Numbered from the whole stretch's first letter, positions 11,876 to 25,149 are shown. The stretch: 62,918 nt of DNA, filler included, from Choristocarpus tenellus KU-1152 (GCA_964200185.2; 11 parts of 11 records of this genome joined end to end with filler, not necessarily neighbours in it), one strand, 5' to 3'. The notes: generated by a model from the sequence alone, not told the origin. Made by a program: numbers and translations.

Positions 11876-13639
11876 TGGAATCAACCATGTTAGGAAATTT
11901 TATATATGGGTGATCAGAAAATATATTTTTTACATTCAGCCCGTCCACATCATGGGCCTCCTATTCTATATTTTGCCACTCTTGAGGAAAGCATGTTTGT
12001 CTGTTGTTATACCGTTATTGCCGTACGCCATATCCCGCCATACCATTATACCGTCCTTGTCAAGCATCCATGATTACACTGGCAGACCTTCCATCAGAAT
12101 GAAACCATGGAATCTCTTCACGAGACCAATCCCACAGACTTGGGACAGCTCGTCATTCAGAGTTGTCACACATAGAAGATCCACTTTGTTCTCACGTCTT
12201 GACTTGTGGTGATGAAGCCCCATCTTTGAAGATGCTCAAAACACCTCGATTTGCACTTGTCCAACCATAACATCGTACCTCGGTTACGGTTCATCTTTGT
12301 TCGTCTGGTCCATCTTGCCCGGTGATTCTCTTCGCCACCCTTGTCTGAGTGAACCACACCGCCACAGAATCACACTATCCACACTCTTCAATATCGTATC
12401 CTAAATTTCAAATTTCTATTAGTGTAACTGTGACGGACAGGTCCATTTGGGAGCTGATCTTAGTCCAGATACACATCCGCGCGCACACACAAGTGCATTG
12501 CGCGCACATTCTTTGTCATTGGTGACGTTCCCACCAACATCAAACACAGAGAACTCTTGAGAATTCTCAGGCCTCTTACCGTTGACTATCCCCAAGATGT
12601 GACGTCATCTGATGGATCTGGGATTTTCTTCAAACTTCTCCTAAAATTTGATGGCTGAGAGGGCCTTGGGTTGCTGGAAGCACCCCAACCTGACACAACT
12701 GATGATTCTGAACACCCCCCACGACTGATTGGACCCTGCCTCACAGCATAACTACAAAATACGTTATAAATGTTGATATTTCTATATTATCTTTTGTTTT
12801 ATTTAGAATATAAAAACATAAATTTAGTACAATTATATTGCTAGGTGTTTGAGGTGATTTGTGATCCGTTTGTGTGTGAATGTCTGACATTCACACTTTC
12901 TACAACACGTAGTGGACATGGTCCGAACATGCCAGAAAAAAATGAGCCCATACCTGGTCATGGTCTGTAGTGGTCTGAACATGAAAGGAAAAAGGTTAGA
13001 CTGGTCAGCAAGTGGACATGGACCAGGCAGGACATGTTAACTAACTGTGGGACCATTCCGGACATGGACATAGACCCGTTCAATACGTACGTAGTAAGCA
13101 TGGACTGGGACATGTTAAAAAAAAATGTCCAACCAGTCCGGACATGGACATGGACCGGGACATGTTAAATAATTGTGGGACTGGTCCAACCTGTCGACAA
13201 GACTTTTTAAACTCGACAAGACTTTTTAAACTTGCTGACCCAGCGAAAAACCCTGAAAAAAATAAACATGAAGGGGAAAAGGTAACAGATGTCACTGGTG
13301 GAAACCCACTTTCTATTTTGTCCTTTCGAAATGGTTGAGAAACCGACTCCTGAATACAAGCGTTTTTTTCGGAAATGGCAGATAAGGAAAAACAGAAAAA
13401 CCGCCCAAAAATAACTGGAAATGATGATTAATAGGATATAACGTCTCAACGAGACCTCTGATGAAGACACGGTTAGTTGCGCTTGGATTCCTTGATGTTA
13501 TTTGCATTAAATGAATTACTCGTCACTCTCATTCTCTCCCTCGATCCATCAAGTTGTGGTTGCGTTGTAAGCGTCTCTGTCGATGGAGATCAAGTGATCC
13601 AGAACGCCCTCACGCTGCCGTTTCCTGCTCCCATATGTA

Positions 13640-14100
13640 CAATCTCGAAGTCGTTCGCTCCCAGCGCTTCCAACACTTGATTGTACCTCTTGAAGAGGCT
13701 CCGCCACGCCAACTATAGAGTATCTGTGTCATACTGGTCGTACATTGCATTAACCCCCCCTACAAGGTCGTCTACAGTACGGTAGCACTCCCTCCACACT
13801 CGACTCTTGAGTGAACTGAAGAACCCCAGAACATTGATGTTGCGATCGGGCGACTGCACAGGCTGTGTTATGAGCTTCATGATCCATCCACCCCCCTGCT
13901 TGGTTCAGTTCCTGTCCATGCCTCTTCCCTTGTGTGGGCTTCCAATCTCCTGTTGAATGACAACCTCCTCATCGTCCAACCATGGCATCTTGCCCTCGAT
14001 TGTTGGGAGGAGAGTCTCCGAGTACCACTCTTTGTACCAGTCGACATTGATGGTGACATCGACCTTGTACTCGATGCCCCCGGCGTGGCGGGATTTCTAC
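13640..14100 (-). pseudogene. Degenerate mariner (IS630-Tc1-mariner, plant/oomycete DD39D-style) transposase C-terminal fragment
   Basis: Minus-strand translation: VTINVDWYKEWYSETLLPTIEGKMPW..VVIQQE..SPH...ITQPVQSPDRNINVLGFFSSLKS...WRSLFKRYNQVLEALGANDFEIVH, with internal stops. Confidence 0.85.
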
Positions 14101-15802
14101 ATACAAGTGGAGATAAATATGGTCTGCGAAAAAAATGTAATTTCATTATTTAGTCACGTTTGCCCGATTTTGCTGCTTGCTACAGAGGGCGGTTTCTCAA
14201 CCATTTCTACTGAAAAAATATTTTGAACGTATCTATGTGCAAGCCTAAGTTGTTGACTTTCGAGCGATATTATTTGCTATTTCTGATTCTCACATTTGAA
14301 ACCGTTCTTCACAAAAAACCGTAACAATACAGATTCATGGGATAGAGGAGTGTGTGTGGTACAGATCCTCGCCAATCTTTTTAGAATATGACTCGTGCGT
14401 TTTCCCATATATCTGGTGTTACCCACATGTCATAGTGCTTTACATAGGTTGAGCATCTAGTTAGATGGATCGTTTGTGTGTCATATTGCCATAGATGGGT
14501 ATAGTCTATCGTTTTGTAAAGAGATTAGACATCTGGTAACAGATCTCAGTTAACCTGTTCACGACCAGCTCTGACTTGACATCTCTTGTTTTCCGGGGCC
14601 TATCAATCCTTGCAAATAGACTATACATATATGATGGTGGACATTTTAGAAAAAATAATACAATGTTATTTTATTTCCCAATACTCCTTGTTTGCATGAG
14701 TGGATCACCGGGCACATTAGCACTCGAGTGTGCTAGAGGTGACCGTTCATTACATCATGTCTCGTTCTCATGAAATGTATTTGTTGATCTAAAAAAATAG
14801 GAGTAAAGATCAAAGATTCAAGTCTACCACTAGGTAAGTGATGGAGACGTCAGGTGAGTCCTATTTCTTCTTTGTTTTTCGAGTGACATGATCCTCCCAA
14901 CACGTTGTAATGACCGTACGGTCACCTCATATCGTTTTGAGAGTTGAGCCACCAACATTGTACGCCCTAGTGTCCACTTGGAATATTGTAGTAGTCGTGG
15001 GTAATACTTCAATCATGTCAGAATGTGAGGAAGAAGAATGCGTGCACATATCGTATTTTGATCTCGTCATCTGCTGTGTTGATTTTTGATCACATACACG
15101 TACTTATGTTTTCACACATCTGTGTGTCGATCAAATCACCGTATAACACGTGTGTAGCAACGTCAGATCATAAACGCTTGTCAAACAGTTTATTGACATC
15201 GTATAGCGTTTGCTCCTCGTAACCCCATTCTTTGAGTATCCTCAAGTTATACAAGATACAAGAGACCTATATGCTGGCCCCATATTCCTCTCAACTCGTA
15301 TTCAGGCTTACCGCATTGTCGATCCCATGCCCTAGGACCTTGACCATGAGCTTGATGCGATACTGACCACACCCATCAACCTCACTCGTATTTTGGCTGA
15401 CTATTTGCCTGATCCCATGCACTCTCACCTCCGGAGCTTGATTGGTATGCTAACCATATACCATCAATCTTTGGCTATTGATATCCTGGTTAGATATTCA
15501 TGGATGCTATATATATATATATATATTACATTTCACTTTGTGTCAATGAAGTCGTGAAATGTAATGGTGCAATACTATACTCACAGTCACACCTATTTCT
15601 CATTTTACTGCTGGAGCTCACTTTTTGGTTAGCCTCGAATCGTGTTTACATGGCTTTGAAGCCGATCAGAAGGGGGGGTGATGGGGAATGCAGGGTTGTT
15701 TGTTATCATACCCTTATTGTTGTATGTCATATACTGCCGTACCAATTGAGGTTCCTTGTCAGGGATCCTGGATTCTAGTGGAGACCTAAAGTATCTGAGG
15801 GG

Positions 15803-15902
15803 NNNNNNNNNNNNNNNNNNNNNNNNNNNNNNNNNNNNNNNNNNNNTTAATTAATTAANNNNNNNNNNNNNNNNNNNNNNNNNNNNNNNNNNNNNNNNNN
15901 NN
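15803..15902. other. Artificial contig linker
   Basis: N44-TTAATTAATTAA-N44. Confidence 0.98.
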
Positions 15903-16064
15903 ATTAAAAAAAAAAAAAAAAAATTTAAAAAAAATAGGCAAATTTTCTTCGAAGGGGGGTTGAGAGCTTTAATGGGGGGGGGGGGGGAAGGGGAAAGGGG
16001 AGGAGAAGTAAATAAAATCGCAACATGAAGGTAATAAAATTTTCAAGTGTGCTAAGTACCCTAC

Positions 16065-16310
16065 CTGCAGTCGGCTGGTAAACTCCGTCGTTGATGTAAA
16101 GACCATCCCCCCATCCTCTTTCTTGACCCCAATGCCCTGGCCCGCTTCCTCTTCTCCCTCCACCTTCATGGCCACTGGCTTACCGTGTCCTTCTTTCTCC
16201 TCCCATACTGTTTCTGCCCCTGCCCCTGCCCCATCTACCTCCCCCTCTCCCTCTTCATCAACACCTGGCTCCTTCTTAACAACCACCTTGCTCATAGCCT
16301 CCCGCACCGC
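16065..16310 (-). CDS. SART1: SART1/Snu66 (U4/U6.U5 tri-snRNP protein) internal exon
   Basis: CAG|AVREAM...GGMVFTSTTEFTSRLQ|GTAGGG, 246 nt, phase 0/0. VFT.T.EF...L is a SART-1 motif. Confidence 0.75.
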
Positions 16311-17487
16311 CTGATTGGTGTTTCATATTATAGCGACAAATGCTTGGGATTAGAAATATGGTGTTGAAGTCAGGAGGGGGAAAGCAAGAAAAAGCAGAGA
16401 TAGACTGTTAAAGAAGTGAATACACATGTAGGTTTTACAGACCATTTTACGCTTGCTCCTCCCCTGTGCCAACACAACCTATTGTTGCATGTGCAGCATA
16501 CGCTCAATCAGTCAATCAATATAGGGTCAAGTACCCTCAAAGTATGACAGCAGAAATCCCCCTCCCCCCCCCAAAAAAAGGAAGTTCCTTCCCTTGTCCA
16601 CAAATAGTCACCTCAACTCCACAAACAAGATCGTGTAATTCCTGTTGCAAGCGTCTATTCCTCTGATCATCCCTAACCCTAACATCAAGCACTCCAACAC
16701 TACAAATAGATGTAAACACTATACAACACAACAACCCACACCCATAGCAGTCACATCACAGCATCAAATACAGTCACACCACTGCGACCACAGGGGAGCA
16801 AGCTGTGCAACACACTATCCCAGTCTTAGATTGCTACATCCAAACTTCTCAGAAATCAGAGGTCAAGGTTTCAAATCCCGTTCGGACCCCCCTTTTGACT
16901 CTCCACACCAATGGGACAAAGATTGAGTGAGAGAATGGGGTCCAGGTCACAAGGTAAAATGCAAAGGTAATGATCGAAATGACCACGCAGGGAGTGCATA
17001 AAATTAGTGAGGCGATGGCCCACAGATCAAGGCGAGTAGTACCCCAGTCCTGAATTTGTCAAATATCGAGATGCCAATGTATCACTGGAACAGAAAGTCA
17101 TGCTATATACTCCCCCAGTGGTACAGTAGTATCTCAATATTTGGAACATACCCCCTAAGTAAGACTATGATAAACATGCTACCAGCAGTGATCGACATCA
17201 ATTCTCAATTTTGCAATCGCGAGCAAAATGCCATGTACAATAGTATGAAACCCAAGATCACATCAGCATCCTAAAACAACGAATAGGATTACTACAAAAG
17301 AATGTCACACCACCCCCACACCACGCCATGCCACAACACACCATCACAAACAAAAATATCGAAAATCAACACAAATTTGATCAGTTTCATTTTTTCAACA
17401 CCACCTCCAAGACCAGTCAGTCCTCACAATCTCCTCACCTCCTCACGCTCCTCACAACCATATATATATATATATATATATATAAAA

Positions 17488-17510
17488 ACCCTAACCCTAA
17501 CCCTAACCCT
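17488..17510. repeat. Interstitial telomere-like (CCCTAA)n tract next to (TA)n
   Basis: ACCCTAACCCTAACCCTAACCCT within a SART1 intron. Confidence 0.85.
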
Positions 17511-17783
17511 CTACAAATAACATGATACAGTTCACTAGCTGGTACAGTATGATTCAAAAAAAAAAAAATCAGCAACATACCCTTCAAACACGCCCAACAC
17601 TACTACCAACATACCAATGCAACAAACACATCCTCTCCCACCAACTCCCAAACACTCATTCAGGGGGATCGGAAATTCTCCTAATCCTTTTTGTCAGTAC
17701 CTCACCCCCCCCCCCCAAAAGTCCTACTTCAACCCCAATCCCAACCCCAACCATCACTCGTACTGCAACCCCTTCATCCTCAC

Positions 17784-17927
17784 CTCGCCAACATCCCTCT
17801 TACTGCGGGCCTGACTCCTTGCCCTCTGTTGAGCCAGCCGCCGTGCCCTTGCCAGCGAGGCCGCCAAGTCGGGGTCAACATCATCCTCAAACTCCTCTCC
17901 CTGCAGCTGCTGCTGCTGGCGTTGTTG
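17784..17927 (-). CDS. SART1: SART1/Snu66 internal exon
   Basis: EEFEDDVDPDLAASLARARRLAQQR matches SART-1 (EDD..L..SL.RARRL); donor GAG|GTGAGG. Confidence 0.75.
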
Positions 17928-18757
17928 CTGGTCTATAACTGTACTCATCGCAGGGAGAGGTTTCTGAAAAATCATACCGCCCATGAAATAAGAACAGAGG
18001 GGAGGGGGAGGGGGAGGGGGGGATGTAAACAGAAGACGTGGGATAGGGAGGAGGGACAGCTCAAAAACGGTAGTAGTAGTAATAATAATAGAAATAATAA
18101 TAGAAATAATAATAATAGTAATAGTAATAATTGAAATAATAATAATAGTAATAATAATAATGAGCATTCCTGTAGTGCAGTAAATCTCCACTAGGAGGAG
18201 AGATTGCACTGAAAATGGTGGTACATTTTTTCTCCACATTAACACTGCAGTAATCACAATTTGCAATATTGACCGATTCTTCAACGCCTATAAAATAATA
18301 AGAAAAGAGGATGCTAATTGGTGCTGGTGCTATAGCCATACTCAAAAAGCGAAACAGAAAAAAAGAATTAAAAAAAAGAATTAAAACAGAGAGCAATACC
18401 ATCAAGAGTGACTAGGGAGATAAAAAAAGACTTTCGAAAAATAATGCTACTACTTTACACAACAAGCATTTTTTGTAGTTGGCCCATTTCGCTCCAATTT
18501 TGACAAGATGAAAATAACAAGCACCAACCCTCACCCCCTCCACCCCCACCACCCTAGTGCTATCGTCTACACAGCACCGGCGATACACTACCCTAGGTAC
18601 ATACACACACAACTCTCTCAAATAGACCAGATAGAGACAGCACTCAATGCTACAAGACTCATCCGCACTGCCACTCCCTACACAACAACATTACCTAACA
18701 CCAACTCACTCTACCCCCAGCCCCAAACAACACACTTATGTACAATGGAAGGCGTAC

Positions 18758-19066
18758 CACACTATCAGCCAGCTTCTCATTGGACTTTTCCGTGGCCTTG
18801 GTCACAGCACGATCAAATCGCGCCCTCTTTTCAGCTGCTGCTGCTGCTTCAGCTGCTGCCACAGCTTCAGCCCTTCCTCCCCTCGAGCCATGGTCTCGTC
18901 TCCCTCCCTCCTTGGGCTCCGTGGCCTTCCCTCCCGCTACTGAGCTCACCCCAGAGCCTGACACAGTAGCGTTGTTGGCAACGGTGACATCGGCAATGGC
19001 AGCCTCGAGCCCTGCGGCTGAGGATGCACCGGGCCCTTCCCTCTTCCTCAGCTTCTTCTTTCGCAT
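18758..19066 (-). CDS. SART1: SART1/Snu66 internal exon
   Basis: MRKKKLRKR...DHGSR...EKRARFDRAVTKATEKS resembles the SART-1 middle region; acceptor AAG| and donor GTG|GTACGC. Confidence 0.7.
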
Positions 19067-19125
19067 CTTTGGCAACACAACAAGAGTTGGGGATGGGAGG
19101 GGGGGGGGGGGGGAGGGGGGGTGGG

Positions 19126-19225
19126 NNNNNNNNNNNNNNNNNNNNNNNNNNNNNNNNNNNNNNNNNNNNTTAATTAATTAANNNNNNNNNNNNNNNNNNN
19201 NNNNNNNNNNNNNNNNNNNNNNNNN
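19126..19225. other. Artificial contig linker
   Basis: N44-TTAATTAATTAA-N44. Confidence 0.98.
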
Positions 19226-19433
19226 GCCCCTTCCCCCCCACCCCACTTATACTACGACGAACTAACTTCATCTATGTTCCACCTAACAGGACCAGCTCTC
19301 GTTGACCCAGCATGTGTGGTAGAGATAATCCCCCTTCTTTCCCCTGCCCGAAAAAACAACTATAACTAAATGAGCTCATGGGTGTCTCCTTTGTACCCCG
19401 CCCTCTCTCAACGACATGCATTCATGATTACAG

Positions 19434-19557
19434 CTGGTGTTTGAAACAACAGAGAAGCCCTTCAGTAAGAAGTCAGCGGGGCTCATTGTATTTGGCGGAG
19501 TAGGCCTTGGCATCGGCATTGTTCTCACCGCTGTTGTGCACCAGCAAAAGAAGCACG
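19434..19557 (+). CDS. Exon of a small single-pass membrane protein, possibly cytochrome c oxidase subunit VIIc-like
   Basis: TACAG|LVFETTEKPFSKKSAGLIVFGGVGLGIGIVLTAVVHQQKKHG; donor G|GTGGGT. The PF - TM helix - HQ..K layout resembles COX7c/yeast Cox8. Confidence 0.4.
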
Positions 19558-22149
19558 GTGGGTGGATAGAACAGTCTCTGGAATACGTGTTACGCCAAAA
19601 GGCAATCGAAGGCGGTGTTTAGTGCGTACTGAAGTGTACCGTATGAGATAAGTCCGCGTCTCACTTGTACGTTTGATGGTCAGAGTTCGAATCAAAGTTT
19701 ATCTTACTCAGATACCTAATACTTTTTAAGGACTTTTTTCTGTTTCGAATAAGCACGCAGAAATTTACGCTCAATTTTTCTGGGTGTTGTTCCATGTGTG
19801 CATAGTGACTCCCACCCGTGTGCGAAAGTTTGGCTTACAGTATCCTGTCCATATACGTCTTATTTTCACTTAACGAGCACAAACACGTTATTGAATTTAG
19901 CATTGATCTTCCTAAATTCAAGCATAAAAAATTGACCCCATCTTCTCCTTACTGCCCTCCTTTAGCTGTTGAAGCAGCTGTAGGGTCTTATCTCATTTGC
20001 AAAGAATTTCGGTTGCAATGAATTGTATCTCTACCACAAATTTGGACCGTATCATCCTGAAGAATACAATATCTTGACATTTGAGATTGAAAGATACTGC
20101 TGGGGTCAAGGATATGCTGCCCTCAGTGATTGAACAGCGCACATGATTTGTTGTAGTTTCAAGTAGTTTTTTTTTATCAAGTGAACAGGCGTAAGTATTA
20201 TGCAGGGCTGATAAGACGTGTGTTTTTAATGATATTTCAAATAGTGTGCTTTAGGGGTATAGTCTGTAGTGTGTGATAACATTGAAAGGTATCGGTACCC
20301 ATTCGAGAGCATGGTACTTGAGGGGAATTATTATTACATGCATCTGTCCCTCAAATATTTACGTTGATAGCACAGTACATAGTACACACACTATATAAGT
20401 CTTGAAGAATGATATGGCTTACTCATTAATCAGGCCAACCTGTATGGCATAACTGCCTTTCATAATTCCAAGAGTATCCCAATTCATGGGGATGATGACG
20501 CATGGTGCCGTATGGTGTGGTGCTTCAGCATGTTTGTTTTGTATTGGAGTAGTAAGGCGGTAACATGTATTCATGTTCATGTTTTAATTTTCTTTTTGAG
20601 TGTCAATGTGCAAAACAAGACCTTCTACATCCAGTGAGGGGGCATAGAGATTGAGAGCGATCCCTTTTGTTTGTTTGTGTTGCTCCAATAATTTGTGTGC
20701 ATAATTTCCCCTACCTCCTCNNNNNNNNNNTTTTTTTTTTTTTCAACAATATTTTTTTGAGATTTACTCCCCCCCCCCCCCCCCCCCCCCGAACACAGGA
20801 ATGTGTTGTACAAGAAATTGTACATACCTACACCACACGCTTTTCTCCTCTTTTGTTATTGTAGTGTTTGAATGTTTTCATGAGGATGTGTGACCTTCGA
20901 ACTTGCGTCTGTAAGGACCTCTAGACTTTTTGAAAAGTAGATTGCAAGAACAAACCCATATCATGGGGGTTGCTTCCTGGACTGGTGCTTTGTGTTCTTG
21001 GACCCCTATGAGCTGCTTGAAATTATTCTTTTATCGAGTGATGTTCTTTTAACCCTGTACCATGAACACGAAGTGGCCTTTTGTTGTTGTTGGTCGCTTG
21101 GTCGCTCTGGTGTGTTCTTGCTCCTTGTGTCCCATGGTGAAATATTTTGCCTTAACCCACTTGACCGTTTTTGCCTTTCATGACTCACTGACTCACTTAC
21201 CAGGTTTCTGGAAGTAAGGAGGGATACAAGGGGGATATTTTGACAAAAGAGGATGGTTTAGGGAAGGGAAAGAGCAGGCAATTTTATTCTTTTTGAAGTC
21301 CGCACTCTTTTGAGATAGTCTGTTTAGACCTGTTGGTTCTTCTCAGCGATGTCAGTGAGTTCCATCACTTCTATGCTATGTGGTGGGCTGCATGCAGACC
21401 AGGCACAGAGGAGGGTCCTCACCCCCTGTATCCCACATTCTGTTACTCTGTGCCCAGTCGCGCGCGTGTGTGTGTGTGTGCTGAGGCGTTCCTAAGAAGT
21501 GGAAGAGTGGGTGTGCAATAGGCTAATGAAGGTGCATCCTACTTTGGATGTATATCTATTTATTTGCATTCTCTGTTGTGTGGTGTGTGCTCTAGAACCA
21601 TGCTTCTCTTTTGGAAGAGGCAGGGCAAGGATGAAGGCATTGCATGGAAGAGGGATGGGGGAGTCAAGGGTAGGTCATCTGACTCGCGTTTGATTTGTGC
21701 CCCTTGTTGTTCTGATTTCAGCGATGACGGAAAAGATAGGAAGGCGTTCATCTGGTGACGAGAAATGCGATGCATTTTACTGTTGTGGATAGCAGAAATG
21801 AAGTTTTGTTACCAAGCTTGGTAAAAGTGTGGGAAATGATCATACTGCAACATTGTAAGCGTTGAAGTTCATCATGTTGCCCTGATAGGGCTATGCTGCT
21901 TGCAAGGAATGCTGGAGGACGGCTTGATCACTTGCAGGACCGTTATGTAATGATGATGACAGTATTCGTTTACGTTGTTGATGAAATGTAATTGGTTAAT
22001 AAATTGTGGTATCATCCTGCGATGTGTAAGGTATGTTGTTGGTGGTGGATACGGTGAGTCAACTAAATACATGGCCTATGGATGGACTGTTGAGTGAGAG
22101 TCAAGAGTCAGGACACTAAGGAGATCTAACGCTGCTTTGTATCACGGGG

Positions 22150-24075
22150 ATAGGCTACAAACATGTATGGGGTGTATTTGACAATCTTTTCCCACTTAAG
22201 GCAATGCAAAACCATTGTGGGCCTTCCTAAACGAGCTTAATAGCATTTTTGATTTGTACTTGGTTGTATTGAGTGGCGTGGTAGTACTGTTCTGTTGCTT
22301 ATGGACATGACATTGATTACAAGAATATTTCTTCTTGTATTTGGGAGTTGGTTACATGAGGAAACCCCACTGTTTTTTCGGCCCCATGAATATTTAGAAT
22401 TGTGGGTGTGGCATGACACAAAAACAATCTCTGACCTTGGAAATGATGAGCCAAGTGTTGGAACTTCACGTGCGTGGGAACCTGTCGGGGCACATCTGGC
22501 TCATATTTTGTCAACAGACTTGCGTAGGCTTGAAAATGGTTGTTTTATTGAACGGAATATATGCACTTGTGTTCTTAGCGCCACTGATATTCTTGTTCTC
22601 CTTACCTTTCTGCAAGAAATGTCCTGTCTATTGGCATATTCTTACATGCATTTCTTTCCCAGAGTTTATATGATACCACAATCGAAATAACCACCGATTG
22701 TCATTGGTGTGATCCTTCACTTCCTCCCACTCAAAGTTCAGACTAAACAACCAGTATCGCCGTTAAGAATAAATAGCTTCGCTGCGATCCCTCACTCTTA
22801 TTACTCTTTAATCTTTCAGTAACCTAAGAATAATGGAAGTAGATACACTTGTGTCTGTGAACTATTATGCATGATGGAAGTAGATACACTTGTTCTGTTA
22901 ACTACGTGTGTACAAGGGCAAGTGTTTTCTTTGTATATTCCAAGAGTTTAAATTGGTACCTTCTTTGGTCTGACAGATGACTACTTCGGAATTCCCTACC
23001 ATCCGTCGGGTTTGAAAATGACAGTTGATGGAACGGTATGATTTAATGTGTTACTCGCCACGACCATTAAAGGCGATTCCTTGTATTATATACTCTGGGC
23101 AAGGCACATGCCTAATGGAGGAAGTGACGTGAAGAAACGTAAGTGTGTGTCATGCATCAATGGGGGGACTTGGTTGATGGACAGGGCTATCTATCAGTAA
23201 CTTTGTAACTGGAACTCCTGGGGGATTTGCTGAACAACCCATTGGACCAGAGAGGGGGAAACGAGCAATCTGCAACTGCATAATCATATCCCAGTACATT
23301 CTATCTGATCATATCCTGCACCCTCTCCAGCTCTGACCAGGAAGAAGCTGTCCAATTAGGATTAGAGAAGATACACTAGTGAGGGCGTTCAGAGATTGAC
23401 ATGGAGTGGGGATTATCAAGACGAGGTGTACAAGACACGACTCTTTGAATAAAGTTGAGCATTTGGACACCCTGAGTCAGGAGCTTACCACGTGTATGCT
23501 GGAGGGACAGAGGGAGGACAATTGGGAGGTTGAACTTGTCAAATATTGGTTGTAACGAGGCTGTATATAGACTGATAAAGGAGGGAAGAAATTGCAGCAT
23601 GCTCTCAATTGACCTGACCAGTTATATTTGTCAGAAAATACCTTGGCATTGAGGCACAATTTAAAGCTTGTCAGGGAGGGTCGAAGTCTCTCCCTGAGAG
23701 TGAGCAATTTGTGACGTGGTATGTACTCCAAGAAGGTGGAGTATGTATGTTCTTTGTCTTAACAGGTGCTTATCAAGGAGACCGAGGACGTGGCCATGTG
23801 CAATAACGAGACAGAGAAAATAAGGAACAGTACAATTTGCGTAAAATCTGAATAAAGAGGCACCATAACAGCTAGCTCCAAACCCAGGCACCTTGGGACA
23901 GGCTTGTATGCGATTTTCAATATCCGACATATGTCACAATTCGTTGTTTCGATTATACGTCTATCTGCAACAGTGGAGTGATGCAAGCTGCAACGGACAG
24001 AGCATATACACAATATATTCTGAAAAAATTGTACTCAATTGAGCAATGTCTTTTTGACCACCATCTGCTGCTGTA
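22150..24075 (-). pseudogene. Degenerate downstream exons, probably of the ParB-domain gene
   Basis: Coding-like minus-strand frames with scattered stops (RRYWLFSLNFEWEEVKDHTNDNRWLFRLWYH...; AYASLLTKYEPDVPRQVPTHVKFQHLAHHF...) joined by a phase-compatible 77-nt GT-AG intron at 22529-22605. Confidence 0.4.
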
Positions 24076-24117
24076 CAAAGCGATAATAGTAACAAAAAAA
24101 AAATACAAGTGATGGTC

Positions 24118-24376
24118 GAGTCAAAGTATCTTAGAGGGTAAAGCCGCGTCCATTTGGGGGTCAAAATTCAATTTGGCGATTTTCATGTAATTTTGGCTAT
24201 TGTGTTTGTTAGGAAGTGTAAATATCCATGTTCTGGACACACCGTTTCATATCATATACATTTTACCTACTCCTAAACATTTTGGAGTAGAAAAATGTGA
24301 TGAAAACCCCCAAGAGAAGCCAAGCCTCAGATGGACAAACAGGGCAAAACTCGTACCCTCTAAGATACTTTCACTC
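24118..24376. mobile_element. MITE family A in the intron after the ParB exon
   Basis: GAGTCAAAGTATCTTAGAGGGTA...TACCCTCTAAGATACTTTCACTC, near-perfect ~23-bp TIR. Confidence 0.9.
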
Positions 24377-24451
24377 CTCAACTTTCTTTATTGCTTAATT
24401 GATCAGCACGGTCAGGCGATTATGGAACAACGAAAACACTCCATCAGCCAC

Positions 24452-24890
24452 CGTTGGCAATTAGCCTCTCTTCTGCTTGGTTGAACTCCATGTATATCCG
24501 CATGATGAAAGCGCGCTCGGGATCAAACTCTCTCTTCAGCACCGTTATTCTATGGTTTCCGTCCAGTACACACCCTTCAATGGCAAGCGCAGTTTCGGTG
24601 TTGAGCTGATCCACATTACCTAAACAGTCTCGCTGGATGACAACACTTGGAGCAAACTGATCCAGCCAGCCTTTCTCCTTTATAGACTTCCTCACGCGCG
24701 CAAGGCCACGCTCGCTTAAAGGACGCACCACCTCTGTGCATGTGACGTTTGTAAGTTTCATCTTGTATGAGCCGAGGTAGTGATGCTCTAGGAGCCGGGA
24801 CATGCCCTTCAGATTGCTGTCCCATGTTCTCAATCCGTGGGCAGCGCCATCAGCGGGCGGGTGGGTTGTTGTTGAGGGAATGTTGGACAT
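24452..24890 (-). CDS. First exon of a ParB/Sulfiredoxin-like N-terminal domain protein
   Basis: VVRPLSERGLARVRKSIKEKGWLDQFAPSVVI...CVLDGNHRITVLK fits the ParB/Srx R...SI...G...P.V...DGxHR pattern. ATG at 24890; donor AACG|GTGGCT. Confidence 0.75.
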
Positions 24891-25149
24891 GGCAAAGATT
24901 GGGAGGGTATGATGGGGATGGATAAGTAAGAGGTCTACGTGGTATCTAGGGAAGGGAATGAATTGAAATGAGGACTTAGGGATGGGAGGTGCGGTTTTAT
25001 TTCATCTGGTCTGTCGATCCTCAAAACTCAGATTTCACCATTTTTATGAGAATTGTGGTATAAAAAATACGAATATCAAACAGCATACGATTTCATATTG
25101 AACTGGGACAGAGAGTACCTGTATTTTTGTGACCTTTTCGTTTCGTACG

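Noticed and set aside
12200-13200. Possible hAT-like transposase remnant with GGACATG-rich subterminal repeats
   Set aside because: Too degenerate, with no diagnostic motif or TIR/TSD; only the short repeats at ~12915-13195 are evident.
14830-15012. HTH-like peptide (LSKRYEVTVRSLQRV) as the N-terminus of the neighbouring mariner
   Set aside because: It is short, lies outside the inverted repeats, and has no continuous frame to the transposase fragment.
22200-22500. DNA methyltransferase domain fused to the ParB gene
   Set aside because: I found no DPPY/NPPY or FxGxG motif in the frames I could read; the C-terminal domain remains unidentified.
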